Notes: generated by a model not told the origin, from the sequence alone. Positions 18,556 through 26,930 are shown, counted from the first letter of the stretch. The stretch: DNA of 64,000 nucleotides from Minisyncoccota bacterium (GCA_035546615.1 DASZWM010000003.1:64001-128000); one strand, 5' to 3'. Numbers and translations: made by a program.

Positions 18556-18974
18556 TTGAAGATGATAAGCAGCGTGCCCGCAATGGTAAGTACCAGCCCC
18601 AGACCGCTGCGCATAGTGAACGCCTCGCCGAGGAACGCGGCGGCAAGCAGAAGCACCAGCACGACGCTCAGCTTGTCGATGACCGCCACGGCGCCGGCCG
18701 GGCCCTGTTGCAGCGCGATGAAGTAGAGGAGCCATGATGCCGCGCCCGCGAGACCCGATAGCGCTATAAATATCCACGCCCTGCCGCCCAGCGACGCCAC
18801 GCTGAATCCGGCGAACTTGCCGAACGCGATTCCCCCCAGCGCGAGAATGGCGGCCATAATGATGCCGCGGATGACGGTCGCCTGCGTCGGATCAACCTGC
18901 TGCAGGCCTATCTTGCCGAATATGGAAACGAGCGCGGCCGCTGCCGCCGAACCAAGCGCGTATGCCACCCACAT
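18552..18974 (-). CDS. EamA/DMT-family small transporter (single EamA domain)
   Basis: 140 aa, 4 TM. ATGA overlap with tspO. Confidence 0.6.
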   Translation of the reverse strand: MWVAYALGSAAAAALVSIFGKIGLQQVDPTQATVIRGIIMAAILALGGIAFGKFAGFSVASLGGRAWIFIALSGLAGAASWLLYFIALQQGPAGAVAVIDKLSVVLVLLLAAAFLGEAFTMRSGLGLVLTIAGTLLIIFK

Positions 18975-19184
18975 GCAAAAAGTATAGCACCGAGTTTTGC
19001 ATTCGGGTTCCCTGCGAATAGTCCGGCTTCGTCACCCTGTTCCTCAGCTGCCAGACTTGAGATAGAACCGGTCGCGGGTACGGTGTCCAGATTTGCTGCG
19101 GGTGTAGGAATGTCACTTGTGTATTTTTTGTGGCTTAAAATATAGGGCTCGGTTTCTATTTTAGTTCGAATCTCAGGGGGGTCA

Positions 19185-19221
19185 AAGAAAAAGCCGCCCG
19201 ACGAACTGAGCCGTCGGGGGC
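19185..19221 (-). terminator. intrinsic terminator downstream of 19245-19724
   Basis: Stem CCCGACG/CGTCGGG followed on the minus strand by TTTTTCTTT. Confidence 0.45.
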
Positions 19222-19244
19222 TTTGTTCGCGGGCGGTCGCTGCT

Positions 19245-19724
19245 TCAGGGAACGAAGTCGACCTTCGCTTCCCTGAGGTCGGTGAAATATCGCTTTGCCT
19301 CGGCCTGAATCGCCGCAGCGAGCCAGTACGAAAACATCTCGTCGTAGAAGCCCTCGACGCCGGAACAGGCCACGACGATGCCATCAATGACCGCACTCCC
19401 GGAATTGACGGTATCGTCGTCGAGCAGATATTGCGGGGCCACCTTGGTCGTCGGGAGGCCCGTGCGAACCGAGATCTCTGCTTTCGACAGCGCGATCTTC
19501 TTGTATGGCCATTCGTACTTGGCCGGATCGCCGAACTCGTGCACGAGGTAACAGTTGTCCTCGAAGGATTTGCCCTCGGTCATCGGATTGATGATTTCGA
19601 CGGCATTTGCAACGACGACGAGATCTCTCCGCCTGGTGACGCCAGACCTCAGAGTCAACTCGATGCACGGACGCACGAACTCGAACGCGCGGGCTACCGT
19701 GTTGGCAGTCAGGATGCCTTGCAT
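19245..19724 (-). CDS. hypothetical protein, possibly GlcG/DUF336-like
   Basis: Motif NSGSAVIDGIVVACSGVEG resembles the GlcG/HbpS family core. Weak assignment. Confidence 0.35.
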   Translation of the reverse strand: MQGILTANTVARAFEFVRPCIELTLRSGVTRRRDLVVVANAVEIINPMTEGKSFEDNCYLVHEFGDPAKYEWPYKKIALSKAEISVRTGLPTTKVAPQYLLDDDTVNSGSAVIDGIVVACSGVEGFYDEMFSYWLAAAIQAEAKRYFTDLREAKVDFVP

Positions 19725-19756
19725 GTCAGTTACTCCTTCTGTCTATATTGTTGAAC

Positions 19757-20149
19757 TCAGCGGCAGAAAGCTTTGACGATTTCACCCGTCAGCTTCTGCC
19801 GGCAACCCATGACAAAGAGACGGTCACCTCTTTGGAAATCAGACGCAACCAGAGTGCCGGCCTTCGCGCCGCCTCCCATGTACAGGAGGGGCCCGTCCTG
19901 GTGCCCGCCCGCATACTGCGCAAAGAGGCACTCGTGATACTCCAAGGCCGACTCAGGCCTGCGAGCGGGGCCGCGAAAGACAACGATGGGAACCTGTGGA
20001 GACTCCCGATCAACACCGAATGCATCCAGGCTGATTGCAGTGAAGACCAGCGAGCCTCCCTTGTCGATCTGCTCGAGCCATCTGAACTGCAGTCTTTTTC
20101 GATCTCTTTCGACGGTCAGTACTTCCACGTTCAGACCTGCTAAACGCAT
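19757..20149 (-). CDS. hypothetical protein
   Basis: 130 aa with no recognisable domain. Cassette partner of 19245-19724 between tRNA-Gln fragment repeats. Confidence 0.35.
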   Translation of the reverse strand: MRLAGLNVEVLTVERDRKRLQFRWLEQIDKGGSLVFTAISLDAFGVDRESPQVPIVVFRGPARRPESALEYHECLFAQYAGGHQDGPLLYMGGGAKAGTLVASDFQRGDRLFVMGCRQKLTGEIVKAFCR

Positions 20150-20357
20150 GGCGTATCCTTTCGTGCTTAATCCGTCGCGTACTATGCCACAAATATCTAA
20201 TAAAAGGAAGTCACGATGTTTCTAGGATTCGAACCAATTTTGTGGCTCAAAATATAGAAACTAGTTTTTGACCCGTCTAGGTCATTTTTGAAACTTTTGG
20301 AAACGAGCCTTATGACACAACGATGTGCCTAGGTCTTTCGATACCGCGTCCATGACT

Positions 20358-20418
20358 GCTGCCAGACTTGGAACTTCGATACCCAAGATAAACGGATCCA
20401 GAGTCCCCTATTGTCGCT
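20358..20418 (-). pseudogene. partial degenerate copy of the tRNA-Gln 3' half
   Basis: GCTGCCAGACTTGGAACTTCGATACCCAAGATAAACGGATCCAGAGTCCCC aligns over about 50 nt with the genuine tRNA-Gln 3' half immediately upstream. Confidence 0.5.
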
Positions 20419-20430
20419 TTATGCGCAAAG

Positions 20431-20501
20431 CTGCCAGACTTGGATTCGAACCAAGATAAACGGATTCAGAGTCCGTTGTCCTACCATTAGACGATCTGGC
20501 A
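20431..20501 (-). tRNA. tRNA-Gln (anticodon CUG)
   Basis: Manual fold: acceptor UGCCAGA/UCUGGCA with U1-A72 and G73 (Gln identity), anticodon arm ACGGA-CUCUGAA-UCCGU, T-loop UUCGAAU. Confidence 0.85.
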
Positions 20502-20857
20502 GCTTTACTCACAAAGAACGACAATTTCCTAAAGGAACCGGATGCAAAGGCAAAGCAGTCTGCCTTTCATTCCCGCCACTAGAGGATCTGGCAATAGGTA
20601 TATGCCTGAGGCAAATACACACAAAAGATACCTGAAAACGCGCCAAATCTCAACCTATCTTCCGCTTCATCCTATCCTAAGGATGCCTTCAGTAAGCTTT
20701 AGGCATGATAGCCATACTGCTTATATTAGGCTTCAGCATATTCCTGCTCTTTCTCACGGGCATCATCAACATCGCTACCGACCCGATGAGCATCGACCAG
20801 GAGGAAGAAAGGAAGGAAAGGCATAAAGCCCGCTATGCCGCCTCGACGTACCAGTAG

Positions 20858-22489
20858 CTAGCGGACGCGTTCCCCTGCCGCGCGCACGAATGCCGTAAAA
20901 AGCGGGTGCGGCGTGAGCGGCCGTGAAAGGAATTCCGGGTGGAACTGCGTGCCGAGCATGAACGGATGCGCTTCCTTCGGGAGTTCCGCTATTTCCATGA
21001 GCACGCCGTCGGGCGAGCGGCCGGAAAATACGAGCCCGGCTTTTTCTATCTGCTCTATATATTGCGGGTTCACCTCGTAGCGGTGGCGGTGCCTTTCGCG
21101 CACTTCAGGCGCGCCGTAAGCCGCCGCGGCAATGCTGCCGTCGCGAAGCAGGGCCGGATAGCCGCCCAAGCGCATGGTGCCGCCGAGCTTATTGGTGGCG
21201 ACATTCTCTTTCTGGCTTTCCATAACGGCAATGACCGGGAATTTCGTATTCGGGTCAACTTCGGTCGTATGTGCGCCGGCGAGGCCCGCGACATTGCGCG
21301 CGTATTCGATGACCATGAGCTGCATGCCGTAGCACAGGCCGAAGTACGGTATCTTGTGCGTGCGCACGTACTCGATGACCTTTATTTTTCCTTCGATGCC
21401 GGTGGCCCCGAAGCCGCCCGGAATGAGCACGCCGTCGTATGTATCAAGCACACTCAGAGGCGTCTCGCCAGTTTCGAATTTCTGCGAGCCAAGGTAGGAA
21501 AGCTTCAATTTGAAGCCCTGATGATAGGAAGCGGTCTTCAGCGCTTCGAGCACTGAAATATACACATCGGAGAGCACGAAGTCGCCGGAGTCGAAGTACT
21601 TTCCTACGACGGCAATGTTCACTTCCTTACTGCTGCTCTTTGCCTTTTCAACGAACGCTTTCCACTCGGCCATATTGGTAGGCCGCTTCGGGAGGCCGAG
21701 AACCTCGCACAAAATATCTCCCAGGCCGTCAGCCTCGTAATTGAGGGGCACGTCGTAAATGCTGTCGACATCGGGGGCCGAGATGACGCGCTCCGGCTTC
21801 ACGTTGCAGAAGGTCGCTATCTTTTCTTTACGCTTGGCATCGAGCGCCACTTCCGCGCGGGCGAGAATGACATCGGCCTGGAGGCCCGCGGAGTTAAGCT
21901 CGCGCGAGGCGTACTGGGTCGGCTTAGTCTTCATTTCGCCGATGTTGTGCGGTATCGGCAGGTACGAGAGCATCACGATGGCCACATCGCCGGGGTGCTC
22001 ATGCTTCATCATGCGCGCCGCCTCGAGGAATATGATGTTCTGATATTCGCCGATGGTTCCGCCCACCTCGATAAGCGTTACATCCGCCTGCGCGAGCTTC
22101 TGCGCCTCGGTGATGCGGCGGATAACCTCCATAGGCACGTGCGGCACTACCTCAACGTTCTTGCCTTTGTACTCGAGATTGCGCTCGCGGCGGATTATCT
22201 CCATGTATACGCGCCCCGTGGTCATGTAATTGACCTCGCTCAGGGTCTCGCCCAAAAAACGCTCGTAGTTGCCCATGTCCTGGTCGGTCTCATAGCCGTC
22301 GTCCAGCACGAACACCTCGCCGTGCTCGGTCGGGTTCATCGTGCCCGCGTCAACGTTGATGTACGGGTCTATCTTGAGGGCGGTCACCTTGAGGCCCTTG
22401 TCCTTGAGGATGCGCGCAATGGCGGAGGAGGCGATGCCCTTGCCTATTCCCGACATCACCCCGCCAACGACAAAGATATATTTCGGCAT
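20858..22489 (-). CDS. pyrG: CTP synthase
   Basis: N-terminal synthetase domain (MPKYIFVVGGVMSGIGKGI) and C-terminal glutamine amidotransferase domain with GLCYGMQ catalytic Cys motif. Confidence 0.9.
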   Translation of the reverse strand: MPKYIFVVGGVMSGIGKGIASSAIARILKDKGLKVTALKIDPYINVDAGTMNPTEHGEVFVLDDGYETDQDMGNYERFLGETLSEVNYMTTGRVYMEIIRRERNLEYKGKNVEVVPHVPMEVIRRITEAQKLAQADVTLIEVGGTIGEYQNIIFLEAARMMKHEHPGDVAIVMLSYLPIPHNIGEMKTKPTQYASRELNSAGLQADVILARAEVALDAKRKEKIATFCNVKPERVISAPDVDSIYDVPLNYEADGLGDILCEVLGLPKRPTNMAEWKAFVEKAKSSSKEVNIAVVGKYFDSGDFVLSDVYISVLEALKTASYHQGFKLKLSYLGSQKFETGETPLSVLDTYDGVLIPGGFGATGIEGKIKVIEYVRTHKIPYFGLCYGMQLMVIEYARNVAGLAGAHTTEVDPNTKFPVIAVMESQKENVATNKLGGTMRLGGYPALLRDGSIAAAAYGAPEVRERHRHRYEVNPQYIEQIEKAGLVFSGRSPDGVLMEIAELPKEAHPFMLGTQFHPEFLSRPLTPHPLFTAFVRAAGERVR

Positions 22490-22496
22490 GCGTTAG

Positions 22497-23429
22497 TTAT
22501 ATCTGGAGGTACCGGCGCACCGCAAGGAAGCTTGCCGCGGCGCCAAGCACGATGCCCGAACCCGCGATGACGCCGAAGAACAGCGGGAAATGCGTGATGA
22601 AGTAGTTGAAGACGTTCACGCCGCCGAAGAAATTAACGGTGGCGCTCCCGAGCCACCACGTGAGCGGATACATAAGGAGGAGCGTGATGACCGCGGCTAC
22701 CAGGCCGTACAGCACGCCTTCCACCATGAACGGCGCGCGGATGTAGCTCTTGGTGGCGCCAACGAGCCGCATCACCTGTATCTCATCGCGGCTGGAGTAG
22801 ATGGCGAGCCTGAGCGTGTTAAAGGAAATGGCGATGGTCATGAGTATGAATATGACTATAACGACGAGCCCTATCCATTTGGCGGAGTCGGTTATCTGCG
22901 CGAGCCGGTCCACCGCCGCGCGGTGCTCCGCGTCGTAGTAGTTTATCTTCTCGATAATCGGCGTGGCGCCGCTCCCCAGCGCGTCCTGGTCGTTGAGGAA
23001 GCTCGCAAGACCCTCGTACTGCGTTATCTCATGCGCCTTGATGTTGAGGACCGCTCCCAGCGGATTGTCGCCGAGCTCTTCGAGGGCCTGAAGGGTCAGC
23101 TGGTCGTTCTGATGGCGCTCGCGGAAGGCGGCAAGCGCCGCTTCGCGGGTCGTGTAGGTCACCGTTTCCACTTCGGGAAGCGCCTCAAGCGAGCTCTTTA
23201 TCTCGAGTATGCGGTCCTCCGGCGCGTCGGTCGTGAAGTACACGTTCATATCGGCCTTGTCGCGGAATTCCTCGAGCGTGGAGCTCAGTATCACGCCGGT
23301 GAACATGGCCAGCCCTATGACGCACAGCGTAAAGACCATCATAAGGACGGACGCGAAGGACACGAAGCCGTTCCTCCAGAAATCGAGGAACCCCGCCCTA
23401 AACACGCGTTTTATGCTGAGCCAATTCAT
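22497..23429 (-). CDS. ftsX: cell division permease FtsX
   Basis: N-terminal TM, periplasmic domain and C-terminal FtsX 3-TM bundle. Immediately downstream of ftsE. Confidence 0.8.
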   Translation of the reverse strand: MNWLSIKRVFRAGFLDFWRNGFVSFASVLMMVFTLCVIGLAMFTGVILSSTLEEFRDKADMNVYFTTDAPEDRILEIKSSLEALPEVETVTYTTREAALAAFRERHQNDQLTLQALEELGDNPLGAVLNIKAHEITQYEGLASFLNDQDALGSGATPIIEKINYYDAEHRAAVDRLAQITDSAKWIGLVVIVIFILMTIAISFNTLRLAIYSSRDEIQVMRLVGATKSYIRAPFMVEGVLYGLVAAVITLLLMYPLTWWLGSATVNFFGGVNVFNYFITHFPLFFGVIAGSGIVLGAAASFLAVRRYLQI

Positions 23430-23431
23430 AG

Positions 23432-24112
23432 TTACAGTATGTACTTCCCTTCCCGGTCGTCGCGCACGACCTTCCCGCGGTCAAGCGTTACGACGCGCTT
23501 CTTGAGGCTGTCGATGACGCCCTTGTTGTGGGTCGTGAGGATGATGGTGGTGCCGAGGTCGTTTATCTTCTTGAGTATCTGAACGACCTCGAACGTGTTG
23601 ACCGGGTCGAGGTTGCCGGTCGGCTCGTCGGCGATGATGACATCGGGCTGGTTCACTATGGCCCGCGCGATAGCGACGCGCTGCTGCTCGCCGCCGGAAA
23701 GCTCGTCGGGGAAATTGTTCATCTTCTCGCCCAGGTCTACGAGCTCGAGCACGTGCGGCACGTCGGACTGTATCTCGTCCTCGCTGCGGCCGGCCGCCTC
23801 CATGGCGAAGGCCACGTTCTCGTACGCGGTTTTCTGCGGCAGGAGGCGGAAATCCTGGAATACCGTCCCTATCTTGCGGCGCAGGTCGTTCATCCTGCGG
23901 CTGTGCACCTCGTGGACGTTGACCGACTCGAAGAATACCGAGCCGGAGGAGGGGCGCTCTTCGGCCAAGAGCATTTTGACCAGCGTGGTCTTGCCGGCGC
24001 CCGAGTGTCCGACGAGGGAGATGAATTCTCCCGGTTCGACCGAGAAACTGACGTCGTTGAGAGCAACGGAGTTATCTGCGTAGATTTTTGATACGCGGTC
24101 GTAGTAGATCAT
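23432..24112 (-). CDS. ftsE: cell division ATP-binding protein FtsE
   Basis: Walker [10 protein letters not shown], signature [15 protein letters not shown] and Walker B. 226 aa. Confidence 0.85.
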   Translation of the reverse strand: MIYYDRVSKIYADNSVALNDVSFSVEPGEFISLVGHSGAGKTTLVKMLLAEERPSSGSVFFESVNVHEVHSRRMNDLRRKIGTVFQDFRLLPQKTAYENVAFAMEAAGRSEDEIQSDVPHVLELVDLGEKMNNFPDELSGGEQQRVAIARAIVNQPDVIIADEPTGNLDPVNTFEVVQILKKINDLGTTIILTTHNKGVIDSLKKRVVTLDRGKVVRDDREGKYIL

Positions 24113-24157
24113 GACAACCTATGTATTTTACCCCTTTAGGGGCCGATGTGCAAAAAA

Positions 24158-25015
24158 CTAGGCCAGGAAGGGGTCAAGCGCCCCTTCAAGCACGCCTTCG
24201 GCATCGCGGACCTCCACATTGGTGCGGTGGTCCTTCACTAATTTGTACGGATGAAGCACGTAGGAGCGTATCTGATTGCCCCATTCGATCTTGCCGACTG
24301 CGGTTGAAAGTTCGTCTATGCGCTCTTTGCGCTCCTCTGCCATAAAATGGAGCAGTTTCGCCTCTACTATCGCAAGCGCCTTCTCCTTGTTCGCTCCCTG
24401 CGTGCGCTCGCCGTCAACGTGCGCGGAAATGCCGGTAGGCTTATGCACGATGCGCACCGCCGTTTCGCGCTTGTTGACGTTCTGGCCGCCCGGGCCGCCG
24501 GAGCGCGCCACCGTTATTTCAAGGTCGTCTTCGGGAATATCGATATCGGACACTTTTTCCAAGACCGGCAGGACCTCCACGAGCACGAAGGACGTGTGCC
24601 GTTTGGCGGAGGCATTGAACGGCGAGATGCGCACGAGCCGATGCACGCCGTACTCGTTTTTGAGCGTGCCGTACGCGCGCTTCCCCGCTATTTCTATCGA
24701 AAGGTTGCGGTAGCCGCCGCGGTCGTTCCGGTTCTCGTGCAGCAGCTTGTAGCCCCAGCCGCGGTTTTCTATGAACTTGCGGTACATCTCAAAGAGCATG
24801 TGCGCGAAATCCTCGGCATCGTCCCCGCCCGCGCCCGCGACGATGGTGAGTATGGCGTTGCCGTTCTCGTATTTGCTGCCCCCCTCAAGCTCTGCCTTGA
24901 GGTCCTGGAGCTCTTTTATGAGATTCCGGGCCTCGGCAGGGTTGCTCCAAAAGTCCGGAGCCTGCATCGCTCCTTCTATCTCCCTGATGCGCTTTTCTAC
25001 CTCTTCTTTGGTCAT
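24158..25015 (-). CDS. prfB: peptide chain release factor 2 (short N-terminal domain)
   Basis: Motifs GGQ and SPF ([17 protein letters not shown]2-specific). Only about 50 aa precede the conserved core. No frameshift site. The start codon directly abuts the tRNA-Thr 3' CCA. Confidence 0.8.
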   Translation of the reverse strand: MTKEEVEKRIREIEGAMQAPDFWSNPAEARNLIKELQDLKAELEGGSKYENGNAILTIVAGAGGDDAEDFAHMLFEMYRKFIENRGWGYKLLHENRNDRGGYRNLSIEIAGKRAYGTLKNEYGVHRLVRISPFNASAKRHTSFVLVEVLPVLEKVSDIDIPEDDLEITVARSGGPGGQNVNKRETAVRIVHKPTGISAHVDGERTQGANKEKALAIVEAKLLHFMAEERKERIDELSTAVGKIEWGNQIRSYVLHPYKLVKDHRTNVEVRDAEGVLEGALDPFLA

Positions 25016-25091
25016 TGGAGCCGGAGGCCAGGATTGAACTGGCGACCCCGTCTTTACGAAAGACGTGCTCTACCAACTGAGCTACTCCGGC
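25016..25091 (-). tRNA. tRNA-Thr (anticodon CGU), CCA encoded
   Basis: Manual fold: GCCGGAG acceptor, D-arm GCUC-AGUUGGUA-GAGC, anticodon arm CGUCU-UUCGUAA-AGACG, T-loop UUCAAUC, 3' UCCA. Confidence 0.85.
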
Positions 25092-25113
25092 AAAGGAAGT
25101 CAAAGAAAATCTA

Positions 25114-25575
25114 TCATATAAGCAAACGGGCGGCAATCGCTCTTTTACTTATTGCGCGCCCTTTTCTGCCGTTTCCTTTATTGAGATTAGCATAAGTAGG
25201 ACTTAATGCGTCACAGTTCGGACAAACTAGTCTAAGATTTTCTTCTGTATTATTCTGCCAATTACCATCGATATGGTCCGCAACTAACGGCACAAGTCCG
25301 GTAACCGGATTAACTTCCGACCAACCGCACATACAACACTTATCGCCAAACTTTTCTCGCAGATAACGCTTGACCGGCCTTGAGACTATCCCCGTTACCT
25401 TTAGTCCTGTTATCTTTCCCTCTTTCCACTTTTTGATATAAGATTCGTGCTGCAATTGTGCCTGGCACTTGTTACTGCAATAGGTGTATCCAGCGCGAGC
25501 AGTCTCTGTACCACACAGAACACACGCGCTACGTGGTTTTTTAGGCATCGACATACCTACAAGAAGTATATGCAA
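25114..25575 (-). CDS. HNH endonuclease (His-Me finger), free-standing
   Basis: Cys-rich zinc knuckles (CVLCG..CSNKC, CCMCGW..CPNCD) flanking the HNH core ADHIDGNWQNNTEENLRLVCPNCD. An alternative start at MPKKPRSA (25548) is possible. Confidence 0.7.
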   Translation of the reverse strand: MHILLVGMSMPKKPRSACVLCGTETARAGYTYCSNKCQAQLQHESYIKKWKEGKITGLKVTGIVSRPVKRYLREKFGDKCCMCGWSEVNPVTGLVPLVADHIDGNWQNNTEENLRLVCPNCDALSPTYANLNKGNGRKGRAISKRAIAARLLI

Positions 25576-25627
25576 ACTGCTTATCGGTGTAAATAATTAC
25601 ATCGGAAGCAATTTACAGCATATTTTG

Positions 25628-25880
25628 AGCCGAAGGCCGGAATCGAACCGGCGACCTACTCCTTCGCTTACACCTCTTTTTTCTTTATAAGAGGGCTAGA
25701 CTGTATCTTTCTCCTGCGAACAGGAGACCCTTGTCAGTCGTTCGAGCGTCTAGGACGCTACGGTCTGGACCAGTCATGTGGCCTTTAACCGTTATTCGGG
25801 ATTCATTCCGACGTTACCGTCGGGATGGGCGGGGTCTGCGACCCACCATGGAGTTGCTCTACCATCTGAGCTACTTCGGC
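25628..25880 (-). tRNA. tRNA (probably Thr, anticodon GGU) interrupted in the anticodon loop by a ~180-nt intron
   Basis: 5' half (25850-25880): GCCGAAG-UA-GCUC-AGAUGGUA-GAGC-A-ACUCC. 3' half (25628-25662): GGAGU-AGGUC-GCCGG-UUCGAUU-CCGGC-CUUCGGC-U. Both halves are complementary in the acceptor and anticodon stems. The acceptor stem is near-identical to the adjacent tRNA-Thr(CGU). Confidence 0.6.
25665..25844 (-). ncRNA. putative compact group I intron (no internal ORF)
   Basis: R-like AACGACUGA and S-like AAGAUACAGUC elements form P7 (GACUG/CAGUC). P3 GACCC/GGGUC. P8 hairpin with UUCG loop. GNRA hairpin CCGACG-GUAA-CGUCGG. P9 hairpin CCUCUU..AGAGG, then a 3'-terminal G. Boundaries approximate. 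Confidence 0.5.
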
Positions 25881-26017
25881 TTATTGTACTGAGTCCCGAC
25901 GCTTTGGTCGGGAGGCCGACTGACACGTCGGCCCTACTTCGGCTTATACAAGAACATCTATCAACTTACAATAAAAACGGCAAAATTGCCAAAAAATATA
26001 GGCGGTATACTGGTGGC

Positions 26018-26380
26018 ATGAACGAATTTTTCAGGAAGGTGGCGCACGGGGCAAGCAGGACCATGGGCTCGCCGTGGGCGTTCCTTATCGCGCTCAGCAT
26101 CGTGGCGCTGTGGGCCGGCACCGGATGGCTGTTCGACTTTTCCAACACCTGGCAGCTGGTCATCAATACCGGCACGACCATCGTGACGTTCCTTATGGTA
26201 TTCCTTATCCAGAACACGCAGAACCGCGACGCGCACGCAACACACCTGAAGCTGGACGAGCTTATTAAGGCGCTCGGCCCCGCAGACAATGAGCTTATCG
26301 ATGTGGAGGACGAGACGGACGAGCGGATAAGCGCGCTGGAGGCGGAACTGAAAAAATTCAAGGACGAGCACAAGCACTAA
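26018..26380 (+). CDS. low-affinity iron permease family small membrane protein
   Basis: Motif [54 protein letters not shown] typical of this family. Start placed at MNEFF (ATG 26018). The upstream in-frame extension runs antisense through the tRNA and is rejected. Confidence 0.6.
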   Translation: MNEFFRKVAHGASRTMGSPWAFLIALSIVALWAGTGWLFDFSNTWQLVINTGTTIVTFLMVFLIQNTQNRDAHATHLKLDELIKALGPADNELIDVEDETDERISALEAELKKFKDEHKH

Positions 26381-26576
26381 GGGCGGCCGAAGCCGCCCTT
26401 AAGCGCATACGCCTCTTTTCTAAACTACATCTCGCCGCTCGGGCATGCCTTGCCGCACGCGGCGCACGTCGCATCCCCTACTTTGCACGTACTGGCCGCA
26501 CCGCAGTCACATTTGTCCATATAAACATGGTTATTGCTAATGGCGCCCTGTCTTATCAGTATAGACCCTCTTTTTG

Positions 26577-26651
26577 CGCGAGAGACGGGACTTGAACCCG
26601 CAACCTCTTCCGTGACAGGGAAGCGCTCTAACCAAATTGAGCTACTCCCGC
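26577..26651 (-). tRNA. tRNA-Asp (anticodon GUC)
   Basis: Manual fold: GCGGGAG acceptor, anticodon arm CUUCC-CUGUCAC-GGAAG, T-arm GCGGG-UUCAAGU-CCCGU, discriminator G. Confidence 0.85.
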
Positions 26652-26795
26652 ATATACTATGCGGACACAGGCTATTCTAGCCGAAAAATGCTGATTTTCC
26701 AAGATAGCGAGGAAATCGGCTTCTAGGCGTGAGGCTTGCAAGTTCTTACGGTCCATCCTCAAGGAGGGACCTCGGCCGCACATGCTGCGCATTTG

Positions 26796-26869
26796 TGTCG
26801 GCGGAAGGACTTGCACCTTCGACCTTGGGTTTATGAGTCCCATGCTCTAACTACCTGAGCTACGCCGAC
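26796..26869 (-). tRNA. tRNA-Met, elongator (anticodon CAU)
   Basis: G1-C72 acceptor (GUCGGCG/CGCCGAC), anticodon loop CUCAUAA, T-arm GAAGG-UGCAAGU-CCUUC with an unusual G at position 55. Confidence 0.7.
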
Positions 26870-26930
26870 ATGCCCTGCCCTATCGGACAAAGTAGGCTCA
26901 AAATAGCATTTTTACGGCCTTACTTCAACG

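Noticed and set aside
18556-18777. Upstream extension of the TspO ORF (MDIYSAIGSRGRG...)
   Set aside because: Arg-rich, overlaps the EamA gene. The TspO family begins at MISFRKN.
19000-20520. Integrase or transposase associated with tRNA-Gln repeats
   Set aside because: Neither of the two ORFs in the interval has integrase, recombinase or transposase motifs. The region is described as a decayed att-site islet only.
22590-24091. Plus-strand ORFs opposite ftsX/ftsE
   Set aside because: Antisense shadows. ftsE and ftsX have canonical motifs and operon structure.
25778-26017. N-terminal 80 codons of the 200-aa ORF 25778-26380
   Set aside because: This part runs antisense through the intron-containing tRNA. 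The conserved family starts at MNEFF (26018), which has its own ATG.
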